From Candidatus Bathyarchaeia archaeon (GTDB lineage: Archaea; Thermoproteota; Bathyarchaeia; Bathyarchaeales; Bathycorpusculaceae), in assembly GCA_049970895.1 (NCBI GenBank), contig JBMFMB010000001.1, forward strand, positions 135,544 through 199,543: a stretch of 64,000 bases of DNA, written 5' to 3'. Position 1 is the first letter of the stretch. Every line of letters starts with the position of its first letter. This document shows, piece by piece, positions 9,063 through 19,733 of the stretch. Below the pieces are notes generated by a model, which saw only the letters and a program-made list of their open reading frames with translations, did not search any database and was not told where the DNA came from. A program made the position numbers and the translations under genes.

Positions 9063-10376
9063 ATGGGTGAAAAGAGGATGCGCAGCCAAATTCCATTACC
9101 AGTAGATGAGCTCCCAACAAAATGGTATAACATACTGCCAGATCTACCTGAACCATTACCACCCCCAAAGGAACCAGAAACCGGGCCGTCAAGGATGGAG
9201 TTTCTGGCTAGAGTCATGGTTAAGGAGTGTTTGAGGCAGGAGATGTCAAATGAACGTTGGATTCCAATTCCTGAGGAAATTCGCGAACTTTACTTGCACA
9301 TGGGGAGACCTCGGCCTCTTTATCGGGCAATAAGACTGGAAAAGTGTTTAGGGCTTAGGAAGGTTAGGCTTTATTATAAGCGGGAAGATTTGTCTCCAAC
9401 AGGTTCTCACAAAACTAACACGGCGGTTGCTCAAGCTTATTACGCTATGAAAGAGGGAAAAACAACTTTAACAACTGAAACTGGTGCCGGACAGTGGGGA
9501 ACAGCCCTTTCTTATGCCGCACGGCTTTTAGGTTTAGACTGCGTTGTTTTCTGGGTTAAATCCGTCTATGATTGGAAAACGGACAGAAGAACGTTAATGG
9601 AGCTTCTTGGCGCGAAGGTTTACGCTTCACCAAGCCGAGAGACAAAAATTGGTAGGGAGGTTCTCTTGAAAAATCCGGAACATCCAGGTTCGCTTGGAAT
9701 AGCAATTTCAGAGGGGTTAGAGTATGCTGAGACTCATGAAGATGCAGTTTACTGTTTAGGTTCCGTTCTAAACCATGTGCTTATGCACCAGTCCATAATC
9801 GGGTTGGAAACCATAAAGCAGTTTGACCTCATAGATGAGAAACCAGACCTGATAATCGGCTGCCTCGGGGGAGGCTCAAACTTTGGAGGTATAGCCTTAC
9901 CCTTCATTGGCGAAGTTTTGAAAGGGAAAAGGGAATGTGAGTTTTTAGCTGCTCAATCACTTGCAGCCCCAAACCTTGTGAAAGGTGAATATCGTTACGA
10001 CTTCTGTGATGTGGCTGAATACACGCCTCTTCTGAAGGTTTACACGTTGGGGCATAAGGTTGAGATGCCGCCGATAAAAGCCGATGGATTGCGTTATCAT
10101 GCGGCTGCCCCAATAATAAGCCTTTTAAGGCATCATGGCCTTGTGAAAGCAGTGGCTTATCCTATAGATGAGAAGGCTGTTTTTGAGGCAGCAAGGATTT
10201 TCCTCCAAAGCGAGGGATGGTTGCCTGCTCCGGAATCCAGTTATGCCATCCGCGCTGGGATAGACGAAGCCTTAAAAGCCGAAAAAGCCGGGGTTGAAAA
10301 AGTGATTTGCATGAATATAAGCGGACACGGTTTCCTAGACTTGACGGCATATAAGGAAAAGCTTGAAATTGGCTAA
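9063..10376 (+). CDS. trpB2: TrpB2-type tryptophan synthase beta-like PLP enzyme (copy 1)
   Basis: SPTGSHKTNTA (PLP Lys), TETGAGQWG, LGSVLNHV, GGGSNF, SGHG. Confidence 0.9.
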   Translation: MGEKRMRSQIPLPVDELPTKWYNILPDLPEPLPPPKEPETGPSRMEFLARVMVKECLRQEMSNERWIPIPEEIRELYLHMGRPRPLYRAIRLEKCLGLRKVRLYYKREDLSPTGSHKTNTAVAQAYYAMKEGKTTLTTETGAGQWGTALSYAARLLGLDCVVFWVKSVYDWKTDRRTLMELLGAKVYASPSRETKIGREVLLKNPEHPGSLGIAISEGLEYAETHEDAVYCLGSVLNHVLMHQSIIGLETIKQFDLIDEKPDLIIGCLGGGSNFGGIALPFIGEVLKGKRECEFLAAQSLAAPNLVKGEYRYDFCDVAEYTPLLKVYTLGHKVEMPPIKADGLRYHAAAPIISLLRHHGLVKAVAYPIDEKAVFEAARIFLQSEGWLPAPESSYAIRAGIDEALKAEKAGVEKVICMNISGHGFLDLTAYKEKLEIG

Positions 10377-10383
10377 AAATAGG

Positions 10384-11089
<706 letters not shown>

Positions 11090-11155
11090 ACTTTTGCACC
11101 GTATCAAAATATGTGGAATGGGCATTTAACTGATTTGCATTGCAAAAATGGATAA

Positions 11156-12985
11156 CTACTTTACGGTTACGGATTTGGCCAAGTTTCTTGGCTTGTCGGG
11201 GTCATATCCCCTTTCAACAGCCATATAATAAGCCAAAAGTTGCAGTGGAACAACAAATGGTATAGGTGACAGCACATCGGGTATGCCCTTTGGCACTTCA
11301 ACATAGTCGTCTGCAAGCTTTTTGACCCCCTCGTCGCCCTCTTCGATGACGGCTATTATTGAGGCTCCCCTTGCTTTCATTTCCATGATATTTCCTATAA
11401 TTGTCTTATGAGTGTCGTCTTTTGGGCAGATGAAAACCACTGGGAAACCCTCTTCGATGAGGCTTATTGGGCCGTGTTTGCTTTCGCCTGCTGGAAATGC
11501 TATTGCCGGGATGTAGGCTATTTCCATGAGTTTAAGTCTGCCCTCATAAGCTGTGGCTGTGCTTATGCCCCTTCCCAAAAAGAAGAAAACTTTGGCGTCT
11601 TTGTATTTTTTAGCTATGCCCTTAACCTTCTCCTCCTGTGTGGCGATCACAGTCTCCACAATGTCTGGAAGCTTCTTCAACTTCGCCTCAATAAAGTCCA
11701 TTTCGTCCTGCGAAATCTTCCCCCTCTTTTTCGCAAGCCTAAGCGCCAGTTGAGCGAGAACCGAAAGCTGTGAAGTGAATGTCTTGGTTGCAGCCACCCC
11801 GATTTCTGGGCCGGACTGCTGGCTTATGTAGACCCTTGAAACCCTTGTAAGCGTTGAGCCTATAACATTTGTAAGTCCGAGGATTGTCGCTGCCCTTTGG
11901 CGGGCAGCGTTTACCGCTGCAAGCGTGTCCGCCGTCTCGCCTGATTGGCTTACGGCTAAGATTGTGCTGTCAATGTTTACTGATTTGCCATGCTGTTCTA
12001 TGAATTCTGAGGCTATTACTGGGTAGGTTGCCAGAAAAGCAAGTTTGGAGAACATGTATGAAGCCGCCAGACATGCGTGGTATGATGTGCCACAAGCCAC
12101 CAGAAACACTTCTTTAGCTCTGTCTAGGAAAGTCGCCATCAAGTCAAGATAGTGCTCCTGCAGCCTCAAAGTGTTCCGTAAGCATGCCGGTTGCTCATGA
12201 ATCTCCTTCAACATGAAGTGAGGATAGCCCTGCTTAACAGCCATTTCAGGAGTCCAGTCAATGAGCTTTGGCTCACGCAGAACTGGGCTGAAGTCTACAA
12301 TTTTTCTGATTTCGAAACCTTCAAAGGATAGGGTGACGAGTTCTCCGTCTTCGATTATGACCGCTTTATTTGTTAGTGGCAAAAATGCTGGAATGTCTGA
12401 GGCGCAGTAAAGCGCGTTTTCTCCAATTCCTATAACAAGTGGGCTCTCATGTCTAGCACACACCATTTTGTCCGGCTCTTTCGGAGAAATAACCGCAATA
12501 GCATAAGAGCCTTCAAGCCTCCTAACAGCCTCAAGAACAGCATCCGCCAGCCTCAGAGAAGAATTCATCTTAAATGCTTCCTCGATAAGATGGGCTATAA
12601 CCTCAGTGTCTGTCCTAGACTGGAAGACGTGGCCTTTCCCTTCTAGTTCAAGTTTCAGCTCGGCGAAGTTCTCGATTATTCCGTTGTGAACAACTGCTAT
12701 TTGCCCACTACAATCAATTTGGGGATGGGCATTAATCATTAATGGCGCTCCATGGGTAGCCCATCTTGTGTGGCCTATGCCTATGCAGCCTGGCAAATCG
12801 TCAAGGTTGTGGATTTTGTGGACTTCGTCTATTTTCCCGCTGTCCTTTTTAACGTATAGTTTTCCATTATGTATTGTTGCTTCGCCCACCGAGTCGTAGC
12901 CGCGGTATTCCAGCCTTTTAAGGGCTTGGTGTATTATTGGTGCGGCGGTGCCTTCCTTTAAAACGCATCCAAATATTCCACACAT
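11156..12985 (-). CDS. glmS: glutamine--fructose-6-phosphate transaminase
   Basis: MCGIFG N-terminus, LEYRGYDS, GHTRWATHG, PRNLAKSVTV. Confidence 0.97.
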   Translation of the reverse strand: MCGIFGCVLKEGTAAPIIHQALKRLEYRGYDSVGEATIHNGKLYVKKDSGKIDEVHKIHNLDDLPGCIGIGHTRWATHGAPLMINAHPQIDCSGQIAVVHNGIIENFAELKLELEGKGHVFQSRTDTEVIAHLIEEAFKMNSSLRLADAVLEAVRRLEGSYAIAVISPKEPDKMVCARHESPLVIGIGENALYCASDIPAFLPLTNKAVIIEDGELVTLSFEGFEIRKIVDFSPVLREPKLIDWTPEMAVKQGYPHFMLKEIHEQPACLRNTLRLQEHYLDLMATFLDRAKEVFLVACGTSYHACLAASYMFSKLAFLATYPVIASEFIEQHGKSVNIDSTILAVSQSGETADTLAAVNAARQRAATILGLTNVIGSTLTRVSRVYISQQSGPEIGVAATKTFTSQLSVLAQLALRLAKKRGKISQDEMDFIEAKLKKLPDIVETVIATQEEKVKGIAKKYKDAKVFFFLGRGISTATAYEGRLKLMEIAYIPAIAFPAGESKHGPISLIEEGFPVVFICPKDDTHKTIIGNIMEMKARGASIIAVIEEGDEGVKKLADDYVEVPKGIPDVLSPIPFVVPLQLLAYYMAVERGYDPDKPRNLAKSVTVK

Positions 12986-13181
12986 GCTTTTGTCACAGTT
13001 CCCTTCGTTTTCGCTGGTTTTTGCAGCCTTATTTAGGGAAGCTTTTTGGTAATAAGCATTTTTAAGAGAAAAATTTCAGCTCTAAAAATTTTCTATAGGC
13101 TTTCTAGCCGCTTATGCCTTTTAAAAGGCTTAATTTATCAACTAAAAGTTAATAACATTTACAAAAATTTCATAATGGTCT

Positions 13182-14336
13182 TTAAGCTAATGCCTTCCTT
13201 GCCAGTTCGGCGCCCAAAACCATGTTTTTCAATTTTGCAAAGCTTACATCCCACGTCCTTGTTCTTAATCCACAATCGGTGCTCACATAAATTCTGCTGG
13301 GGTCTCCGACGATTTTGGCGGCATGGAGTATTCTATCCCTCACAAGTTCTGGTGGTTCAATAAAGTCTGTGTGGACGTCTATTACGCCTAATCCATACTT
13401 TCCCTCGAAGCCGTAATCCTCGAAGAGTTTCAGTTCTCTATAGCCTACGCGCACTTCGCCAGTCCCCCTTTGTCTGCTGTCTCTGTTGGCGAATTCGAGG
13501 GCTAGCTGGCTGCAGTTTCGCAGTTCAGCCGCATATTTCGCCAGCACTTCATAGTTGCTGTAGCAGTTGTGGAGACTGAAGATGCAACTAAAACCCTTAA
13601 CAGTCTCATTAAAGGCTTCAACAAACAACTCCATTTCCTCAGCTGACGGGTTTGTGGTTGCTGCTGGCTCGTCTATCTGAATCCATTCGGCTCCGGCTTC
13701 CACAAGTCCACTTATTTCTGGTCTTACAACCTCTCTTATTAGGTCGAAGAGAAACTCCCTTCGAGCTTCCAGCTTCCTCTGTTTAAAATCCTTATTTTTG
13801 CCGCTTAGCCTTTTCTCATAATATTCGTTAAATGTCCAGTCAACAAGCGTGTAAGGACCTGTGAAGGGTACTTTAACTTCTCTGTCTGTGTTTTTGCGTG
13901 TGAAGGCGAACTCTTCAACATAGAACGGTCTTACATATTTTGGCTTGCTTACGCACGCAGCCTTGTTAAAATATCTGTAGTCAAAGGATTTCACATAACC
14001 CAAAAATTTGAAGCCTTCAACGTTCCTAATGACGTGTTCGTACATTTCTGAACGCCACTGTTCCCCATCAAAGACTATGTCGAGCCCCGCGTTTTCAAAG
14101 AAGCGGATGACAAACCTTGCAGACCACTCAAGAATCGCCCTCCTATCATCTTGTGTTCTTTCCCCTTTTTTCAAAATCTTAACCAGCTCATCCACGCCCA
14201 CCATTCCCAGTCTCTGACCCCACTCTACAGCCTCTGCTATCTCGCTTTCTGATAGGGTTTCTCCCCTGTATCCCTTAACCCTCCATGCTGGCTTGGCAAG
14301 GCTTCCTATTTCCTGTGTTGGGAAAAGCTTATTCAT
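13182..14336 (-). CDS. cobalamin-independent methionine synthase, catalytic (MetE C-terminal-like) subunit
   Basis: DGEQWR, TGPYTL, WIQIDEP, Zn ligands HNC and TDCGLR. Confidence 0.85.
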   Translation of the reverse strand: MNKLFPTQEIGSLAKPAWRVKGYRGETLSESEIAEAVEWGQRLGMVGVDELVKILKKGERTQDDRRAILEWSARFVIRFFENAGLDIVFDGEQWRSEMYEHVIRNVEGFKFLGYVKSFDYRYFNKAACVSKPKYVRPFYVEEFAFTRKNTDREVKVPFTGPYTLVDWTFNEYYEKRLSGKNKDFKQRKLEARREFLFDLIREVVRPEISGLVEAGAEWIQIDEPAATTNPSAEEMELFVEAFNETVKGFSCIFSLHNCYSNYEVLAKYAAELRNCSQLALEFANRDSRQRGTGEVRVGYRELKLFEDYGFEGKYGLGVIDVHTDFIEPPELVRDRILHAAKIVGDPSRIYVSTDCGLRTRTWDVSFAKLKNMVLGAELARKALA

Positions 14337-15327
14337 GAACCCCCAACCCCACCTTTAAACGCTTGGTTAAACGGCTAATAACCCGCATTTTTTCTTCGGC
14401 TCTCTCCCAAGGTAGAAATTCCAAATCACAGTTTGGACAAATGAAGACTTTGTGAATCTTTGAAGGATAAATGGATTCAATAAGCTCCTCAGCCACCGTA
14501 AAAAGTTCATTTTCATCCTCGATTAATGAACTGCGGGCATCCACAAGCCCTAAGGCAACACCCTTATTGAAATCGTATTCCTTCAGTTTTTCTAGGCTGG
14601 TTTCGTAAAGGTCTATTCCCAAATCGTCAACTGGAAAGTCTAGGACATCTGGCAGAATTTGCGAAAAGTCTGCGAAAAAGGTTTGGAGACAAGTTCTTAC
14701 ATTTCCATTTTTGACAACAATTTTTAGGGCTTCTTTAACGTCAGCAAGCACATCTCTAGAAATTGGCTCTTTCAGTGGGTTGTAGATGAGTGCTGGGTCG
14801 CTTAGCTGAACATACTGGAAGCCCTTTTTCGCTAGGCTTTCAATTTCGGCTTTTAGAACTTCGGCGTAGCTGAACATTAGATCCCTTTCATTTTTATAAA
14901 ACTTGTTTTCCGAAAGCCTTGTTAAAGTGTAGGGTGCTGGCAGTATGGCTTTCCAAGGAACACTTCTTGGTAAATGCTCTATGTAAGCTAGTTCTGTTAC
15001 TATGGCTTTCTTATGCCGTATTTCGCCTTGAACGATGGGCTTTCTATAAAAGGTGTTGTTGTTAAACCACCTTGCGAGGGCTCCGGCTTTTATGCCTTCA
15101 AGATTTTCTGTGAAGGGTCTTAGCAGATCTTGCCATTTGAGCATTCCGTCCGAAATATGGCTTAGCTCGGCTGATAGTTGCGTCTCTATAGCTTTTATTG
15201 TGGCTTCTTTGAAGGCTTTTTCCAGCTCCTCTTCGCTGATTTTCCTCCTTTCATAGGCTCTTGTGGCTTCAACAAGCTTTTTTGGTCTTGGAAGTATGCC
15301 CGTCACATAGCAGCCAATCATTTTCAT
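14329..15327 (-). CDS. MetE N-terminal-like (split methionine synthase) subunit
   Basis: GILPRP, DGMLKWQD, RWFNNNTFYRKP, GLVDARS; stop overlaps the catalytic gene; start approximate. Confidence 0.78.
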   Translation of the reverse strand: MKMIGCYVTGILPRPKKLVEATRAYERRKISEEELEKAFKEATIKAIETQLSAELSHISDGMLKWQDLLRPFTENLEGIKAGALARWFNNNTFYRKPIVQGEIRHKKAIVTELAYIEHLPRSVPWKAILPAPYTLTRLSENKFYKNERDLMFSYAEVLKAEIESLAKKGFQYVQLSDPALIYNPLKEPISRDVLADVKEALKIVVKNGNVRTCLQTFFADFSQILPDVLDFPVDDLGIDLYETSLEKLKEYDFNKGVALGLVDARSSLIEDENELFTVAEELIESIYPSKIHKVFICPNCDLEFLPWERAEEKMRVISRLTKRLKVGLGVHE

Positions 15328-15416
15328 CCTTCTTTGCTGGCTTGTGTGGTTATCTCTTCCGCCAACCATAATAAAAATTTTAATAATAAAGACGTTTATT
15401 ATGCATGTGAAAAACC

Positions 15417-16382
15417 ATGGGCAAGAAGCTGCTGTTACATGATGATGGCAAAACGCAGATGGCTAAGGAGATAAAGGTATTTGACGATCCGCAGAAGCTT
15501 AAACTCATTTTGAATAGGCTAAGCTGGAAAATTTTGGTCATGCTTTCCGAGAGAGCAATGTACCCCCTTGAAATTGCAAAGGAGCTTGGAATTCACGAGC
15601 AGAAGGTTTACTATCATATTAGGAAGCTGGTTAAGGCTGGAGCAATAACTGTTGCAAGGCAGGAGGAGAAAAAGGGAGCCACAGCCAAATATTACACAGC
15701 CGCCTCGCCAGCCTTTGGAATAGAATTGCCAAAAGGATATAGAACCATGGAGATGCTGCCATTTGCCAGCGTTAGCGAGCAGGTTCGAAGATTTTTCAGC
15801 GAGTTCATCCGTCCAGATAGATGTTTTGATGGCAAAATTGTTGTGGGCAGCCCAATGCCCCATGGACCCTTCAAAACAAGCGCTCGGGATGGGCATTATG
15901 CCTCCCACTTGGCTTTCTTTCTCGGTCAATTTACTAGGATGCCCGAAAATTTCGCTGTGAAACTTGACGTGGACGTTAAGGCTGAGAAGGATGAGAAGAA
16001 CAATCTGATCCTCGTTGGTGGACCGGGAACAAACCTTTTGACGCAGGAATTGAACGAATATCTGCCCTTAAAGTTTAATATGAAGCCATCCGAGCAAGGC
16101 TTCCTATTTGGTGGTTTGGTTTCATCTAAAACTGGGCAGGTTTATACGGCTGACACTGTTGGGCTTGTGGCTAAGATTGTTAACCCATGGGATGCGAGTA
16201 AGCGGGTCATTGTTTTGGCTGGGAATAAGGCTGTTGGTACTAAGGCGTGTGTTTTGGCGTTAACAAACTTCCACGAAAAGACGCTGAGAAGCTATAGGGG
16301 CGAGGAAACATTTGCGAAAGTGATACAGGGCTTTGACTTGGATGGTGATGGGAAAGTGGATTCGATAGAGGTTTTGGAGTAA
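15417..16382 (+). CDS. ArsR-like HTH regulator fused to a C-terminal putative ligand-binding domain
   Basis: YPLEIAKELGIHEQKVYYHIRKL HTH; NLILVGGPGTN; divergent from the metE-like pair. Confidence 0.75.
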   Translation: MGKKLLLHDDGKTQMAKEIKVFDDPQKLKLILNRLSWKILVMLSERAMYPLEIAKELGIHEQKVYYHIRKLVKAGAITVARQEEKKGATAKYYTAASPAFGIELPKGYRTMEMLPFASVSEQVRRFFSEFIRPDRCFDGKIVVGSPMPHGPFKTSARDGHYASHLAFFLGQFTRMPENFAVKLDVDVKAEKDEKNNLILVGGPGTNLLTQELNEYLPLKFNMKPSEQGFLFGGLVSSKTGQVYTADTVGLVAKIVNPWDASKRVIVLAGNKAVGTKACVLALTNFHEKTLRSYRGEETFAKVIQGFDLDGDGKVDSIEVLE

Positions 16383-16383
16383 A

Positions 16384-16827
16384 ATGCTAAAAATTCGTGT
16401 GGCAGAGCAAAACGACTTACCAAAAATAATCGAGCTTATTAAAAGAAACAAGGAGCCCTTAAATGAAGATTTAGGGCTATTTTCAATTTTGAAAGCCCAA
16501 ACGAGAAGTGCAGATTCTTTGTTGCAGAAGAGGATGGCGAAATTGTTGTTTTGGGAGAGTGCATTTTACAGATGGAACAGAAGCGCTTATGTGATAAACC
16601 TACTTGTTGACGCTGGTTATAGACGTAGAGGGATAGGCTCTCTTCTTCGGAAGACTATGGATGAGTTTGCAAGGGAAAACGGCGCCAGGGTTCTGATGTT
16701 TGACACCGCCATAGATAACATTCCAGCCCTAAACCTTTATTTTAAGAACGACTTCAAAATCTGCGGCTATAACGAGAAGCTCTATGACATTGCAAAAACA
16801 GCGTTATATCTGGCAAAAGAGCTTTAA
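16384..16827 (+). CDS. GNAT acetyltransferase with an internally frameshifted segment
   Basis: VDAGYRRRGIGSLL and NIPALNLY motifs; typical FFVAEEDGEIV strand lies in another frame. Confidence 0.7.
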   Translation: MLKIRVAEQNDLPKIIELIKRNKEPLNEDLGLFSILKAQTRSADSLLQKRMAKLLFWESAFYRWNRSAYVINLLVDAGYRRRGIGSLLRKTMDEFARENGARVLMFDTAIDNIPALNLYFKNDFKICGYNEKLYDIAKTALYLAKEL

Positions 16828-16838
16828 TCCGCAGTGGT

Positions 16839-17280
16839 GTGGGCCATGTTAAAGTTTTCATCAGAAAGATGTCTGAGCTTGATTGGCTGATGTTTCAGAG
16901 CTGGCTCCTTTGGCAAATCCCCACTCGGTTAAGGAGCAGTATAGGAAGCATTATAGAAGTGCTAAAAGAAAATCCGGACCTCTCCTTTGTTGCTGTTGCG
17001 GATGGAAAGGTCATTGGTTATGTACAAGCTGAGGCTTTGGCTCTAAGGCTATTATTGAAGATATTGATAGGGCATATCAGAGTAAGGGTGTGGGAAAGCG
17101 GTTATTGGAAAAGGAGCTACAAATTTTGAAGCGTAAAAGTGAAGTTGCGTTTGCTGAGGTTCATTATGAATGCTCTTTAGCCACACCATTTTACTACAAA
17201 TTTGGCTTTTGAACATGTGGGTTTCAGCAGACTATTTGGAAGTTGGGCACGACGCAATAATCTTAAAGTTGGAGCTGTAA
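16839..17280 (+). pseudogene. GNAT acetyltransferase pseudogene
   Basis: fragments SFVAVADGKVIGY / YQSKGVGKRLL / FYYKFGF* in different frames. Confidence 0.7.
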
Positions 17281-17301
17281 ATTGTTGAAAGGTTTCAACT
17301 C

Positions 17302-17727
17302 ATGCAAATAACCGAATGTATAACAGCATTTGGTCATAAGAATGTCAAAGCTAAACATAAAACAACGCTTGAAATAACGAAGGAGAAAGAACTTTCCATT
17401 AGGGGAGACTGCATTATCGCAGTTTCCGCCGACAAAGGTCTTCCAGATTTGAAACAAGAGTTTAGGGAACTTCTCCGTAGAGAAAACGCAAGGCTAAAAA
17501 TTCTAATGGACGCTGGCGGTGTTGTTGACGTGGTGAGGGCTTTTGGAAGCCCAATGCTGATTTTGTCGCATCCAACTGACATGGTCGTGAGAAAAAGTGG
17601 ATACATCTGCAGCAGAACTTTGGCAATAAGGGCTGATAAGGCAGCTTGCGACTTGTCAAGGGCTCTTGTGAAAAAACTGCAAAACCCAAAACAGAGAGTT
17701 AGGATAACTTTAACTGTTGAGGTTTAG
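17302..17727 (+). CDS. DUF371 family protein
   Basis: GHKNVKAKHKTTLEITKE, RGDCII, VVRKS, ADKAACDL. Confidence 0.85.
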   Translation: MQITECITAFGHKNVKAKHKTTLEITKEKELSIRGDCIIAVSADKGLPDLKQEFRELLRRENARLKILMDAGGVVDVVRAFGSPMLILSHPTDMVVRKSGYICSRTLAIRADKAACDLSRALVKKLQNPKQRVRITLTVEV

Positions 17728-18794
17728 CGAACCTCAGCGTCTAGGACGGTTTGCCACTCGTATGGGGCTGTTTCACGAACAGTTCTTGAAAAGAGGATTT
17801 TTACCACATTTCTCCCGGATTTTTCAACTTCTTCCTTGAACCGATGTTTCAATTTTTCTAACGGGTTCTCTGCAGTGACGAAGCCGTAAAAGTGTATGAT
17901 GCCTCCCTCGGGTTTTAGCGCCTCGCATGCAGCTCCAACGAACTCTATAGCTTTTTCTGGTAGGTTCATTATAACGCGGTCTGCCACTCCTCGAAGCTTA
18001 TGTTTGACAATTTTTTTTGCGTCGCCGTGGATTGGGTGAACTTTTCCCTCAACTCTGTTTAGTCGGACATTCCTTTTTAGCAAAGCCATTGCGTCTGGGT
18101 TTATGTCTATGGCGTAAACATTAACGTTTTCATGGGTTTTTGCTATGAGGATTGAGAATGGACCTACTCCCGCAAACATGTCTAGGATTGTTTCGCCTTC
18201 CTTAACCATTGATGCCACACGTTTGTGTTCGTGGGATAGGCGTGGTGAGAAATAAGCTTTGGCTAGGTCTACATGGTATAGGCAGCCATGCTCTTTATGT
18301 ATGGTTTCTGTTTTTGGCTCTCCAGCTATTAGTGTGTATTCTCTTGTGCGGTATTCGCCTTTTATCGCCCCAGCCTTTGCTAGAACAGTCCGCAAGTTTT
18401 TATGGAATAGCAAGATGGCGTTTCCAATGTCTTTTTTGTAGGCTTCAAGTTCCGGTGGGCTTTCAATTATGGCTATGTCGCCGACAATATCCATGGCGCG
18501 AGGAACACAAGCCAAAAGGTGGGGTGGGAGCTCGCCTTCCAAAATTTCCATAAGCGTTTTTGGATGCTTTTTCCGTTCTGGAAACTTGTGAATTGTGATT
18601 TCTAGACTTGCGGTTTGTTTTTGGAGGGTTTGCACCTCGTCTTGCAATGGGCTTCTGATGATGGGGATATAAATGTGTGCGTTGTCTCTTTGAATCTCCA
18701 GTTCTTTGCTGATTAGTCCTAGTTTGTGGGCTGTTTTTATGGCTTTTTCTCCTTCATTTTTGGGGACTTTGAGGCAGATGGCTTCCTTTTGCAT
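17724..18794 (-). CDS. trm5: tRNA (guanine37-N1)-methyltransferase Trm5/Taw2 family
   Basis: YFSPRL, DMFAGVGPFSI, DRVIMNLP. Confidence 0.85.
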   Translation of the reverse strand: MQKEAICLKVPKNEGEKAIKTAHKLGLISKELEIQRDNAHIYIPIIRSPLQDEVQTLQKQTASLEITIHKFPERKKHPKTLMEILEGELPPHLLACVPRAMDIVGDIAIIESPPELEAYKKDIGNAILLFHKNLRTVLAKAGAIKGEYRTREYTLIAGEPKTETIHKEHGCLYHVDLAKAYFSPRLSHEHKRVASMVKEGETILDMFAGVGPFSILIAKTHENVNVYAIDINPDAMALLKRNVRLNRVEGKVHPIHGDAKKIVKHKLRGVADRVIMNLPEKAIEFVGAACEALKPEGGIIHFYGFVTAENPLEKLKHRFKEEVEKSGRNVVKILFSRTVRETAPYEWQTVLDAEVR

Positions 18795-18810
18795 AGAATT
18801 GCCTAAAATT

Positions 18811-19719
18811 TTACTCTATTATTTTGAAGAAGTCCCTTTCGGTTATTATGCCAACAAGCCGTTCATTTTGGACCACTGGTAGGGCGCCGAGGTTTTTCTC
18901 CCGCATGATTTTTGCTGCTTGTCCAATTTCAGCCTCTGGCGTGATTGTTGCAACTTCTTTTGTTGCTATTTCCATGGCTGGCGTGTTCAAAACCTGTGTT
19001 ATCGTTCCGGATTTTAAGTGTTTGAACACTTCTCCCGAGCCGAAAAAGCGTATTATGTCCATGGCTGTTACTATGCCTATGACTTTGCAGTCTGAAACTA
19101 TTGGGAGTCTTCTGAAGCCCTGTCCAATCATCGTTTTCTCCGCTTCAAAGATTGTTGTTTTTGGCAGTGCTGTCACCACTTTTTCAGTCATTAACTGTGA
19201 AACTTTTATTCCGCTTATTCTGTCTGCGAACATGTGGGCTACATCCCTTTCTGTAACTATTGCCCTAACATGGTTTTCTTCGTCCACAACTGGTAAGCCG
19301 CCCACATTTTTCTCCTTCATGAGCTTTATTGCCTCGCTTATGTCCGCTGTGGTTTCAACGGCGAAAACCTTCTGGCTCATTATGAGTTTTATGGGTTCGT
19401 TTATGGCTTTGAAAATGTTCCCCGAAAACTTCTGCTGGACTATTTCGAATTTTTTGCCTCCGCCTAGATAGTCAACTATGTCTGTGGCTGTTACTATGCC
19501 AGCCAAGGTTTTTGTGCCAGGGTCGGCTATAGGGATTCTTCGGAACCCCTCTTTTGCCATTATTTTTATGGCGTCGTGTATGGGTGTTGTTGGAGCCATT
19601 GTTATGACTGGGCTTTTGGCTATGTGCATCACGTCGCCTTCGCGCTTTTTAGCCGCGGAACCCTTCAATGAGACTGGACCTTTTCCTCTTAGCGTTCTCC
19701 TAAAAGTTTCTCTGCTCAA
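18811..19719 (-). CDS. CBS domain protein (4 CBS)
   Basis: repeated RRxPIV..GIVT motifs. Confidence 0.88.
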   Translation of the reverse strand: MSRETFRRTLRGKGPVSLKGSAAKKREGDVMHIAKSPVITMAPTTPIHDAIKIMAKEGFRRIPIADPGTKTLAGIVTATDIVDYLGGGKKFEIVQQKFSGNIFKAINEPIKLIMSQKVFAVETTADISEAIKLMKEKNVGGLPVVDEENHVRAIVTERDVAHMFADRISGIKVSQLMTEKVVTALPKTTIFEAEKTMIGQGFRRLPIVSDCKVIGIVTAMDIIRFFGSGEVFKHLKSGTITQVLNTPAMEIATKEVATITPEAEIGQAAKIMREKNLGALPVVQNERLVGIITERDFFKIIE

Positions 19720-19733
19720 TTTTTCCGCTTCTT

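Noticed and set aside
13046-13363. 105-aa plus-strand ORF in the glmS upstream region
   Set aside because: AT-rich intergenic read-through overlapping the metE-like gene antisense; no protein-like features.
16454-16478. Hairpin AGCCCTTAAAT-GAAG-ATTTAGGGCT at the GNAT frameshift as a second BHB intron
   Set aside because: No 4-bp helix between two 3-nt bulges; single-base indels explain the frame better.
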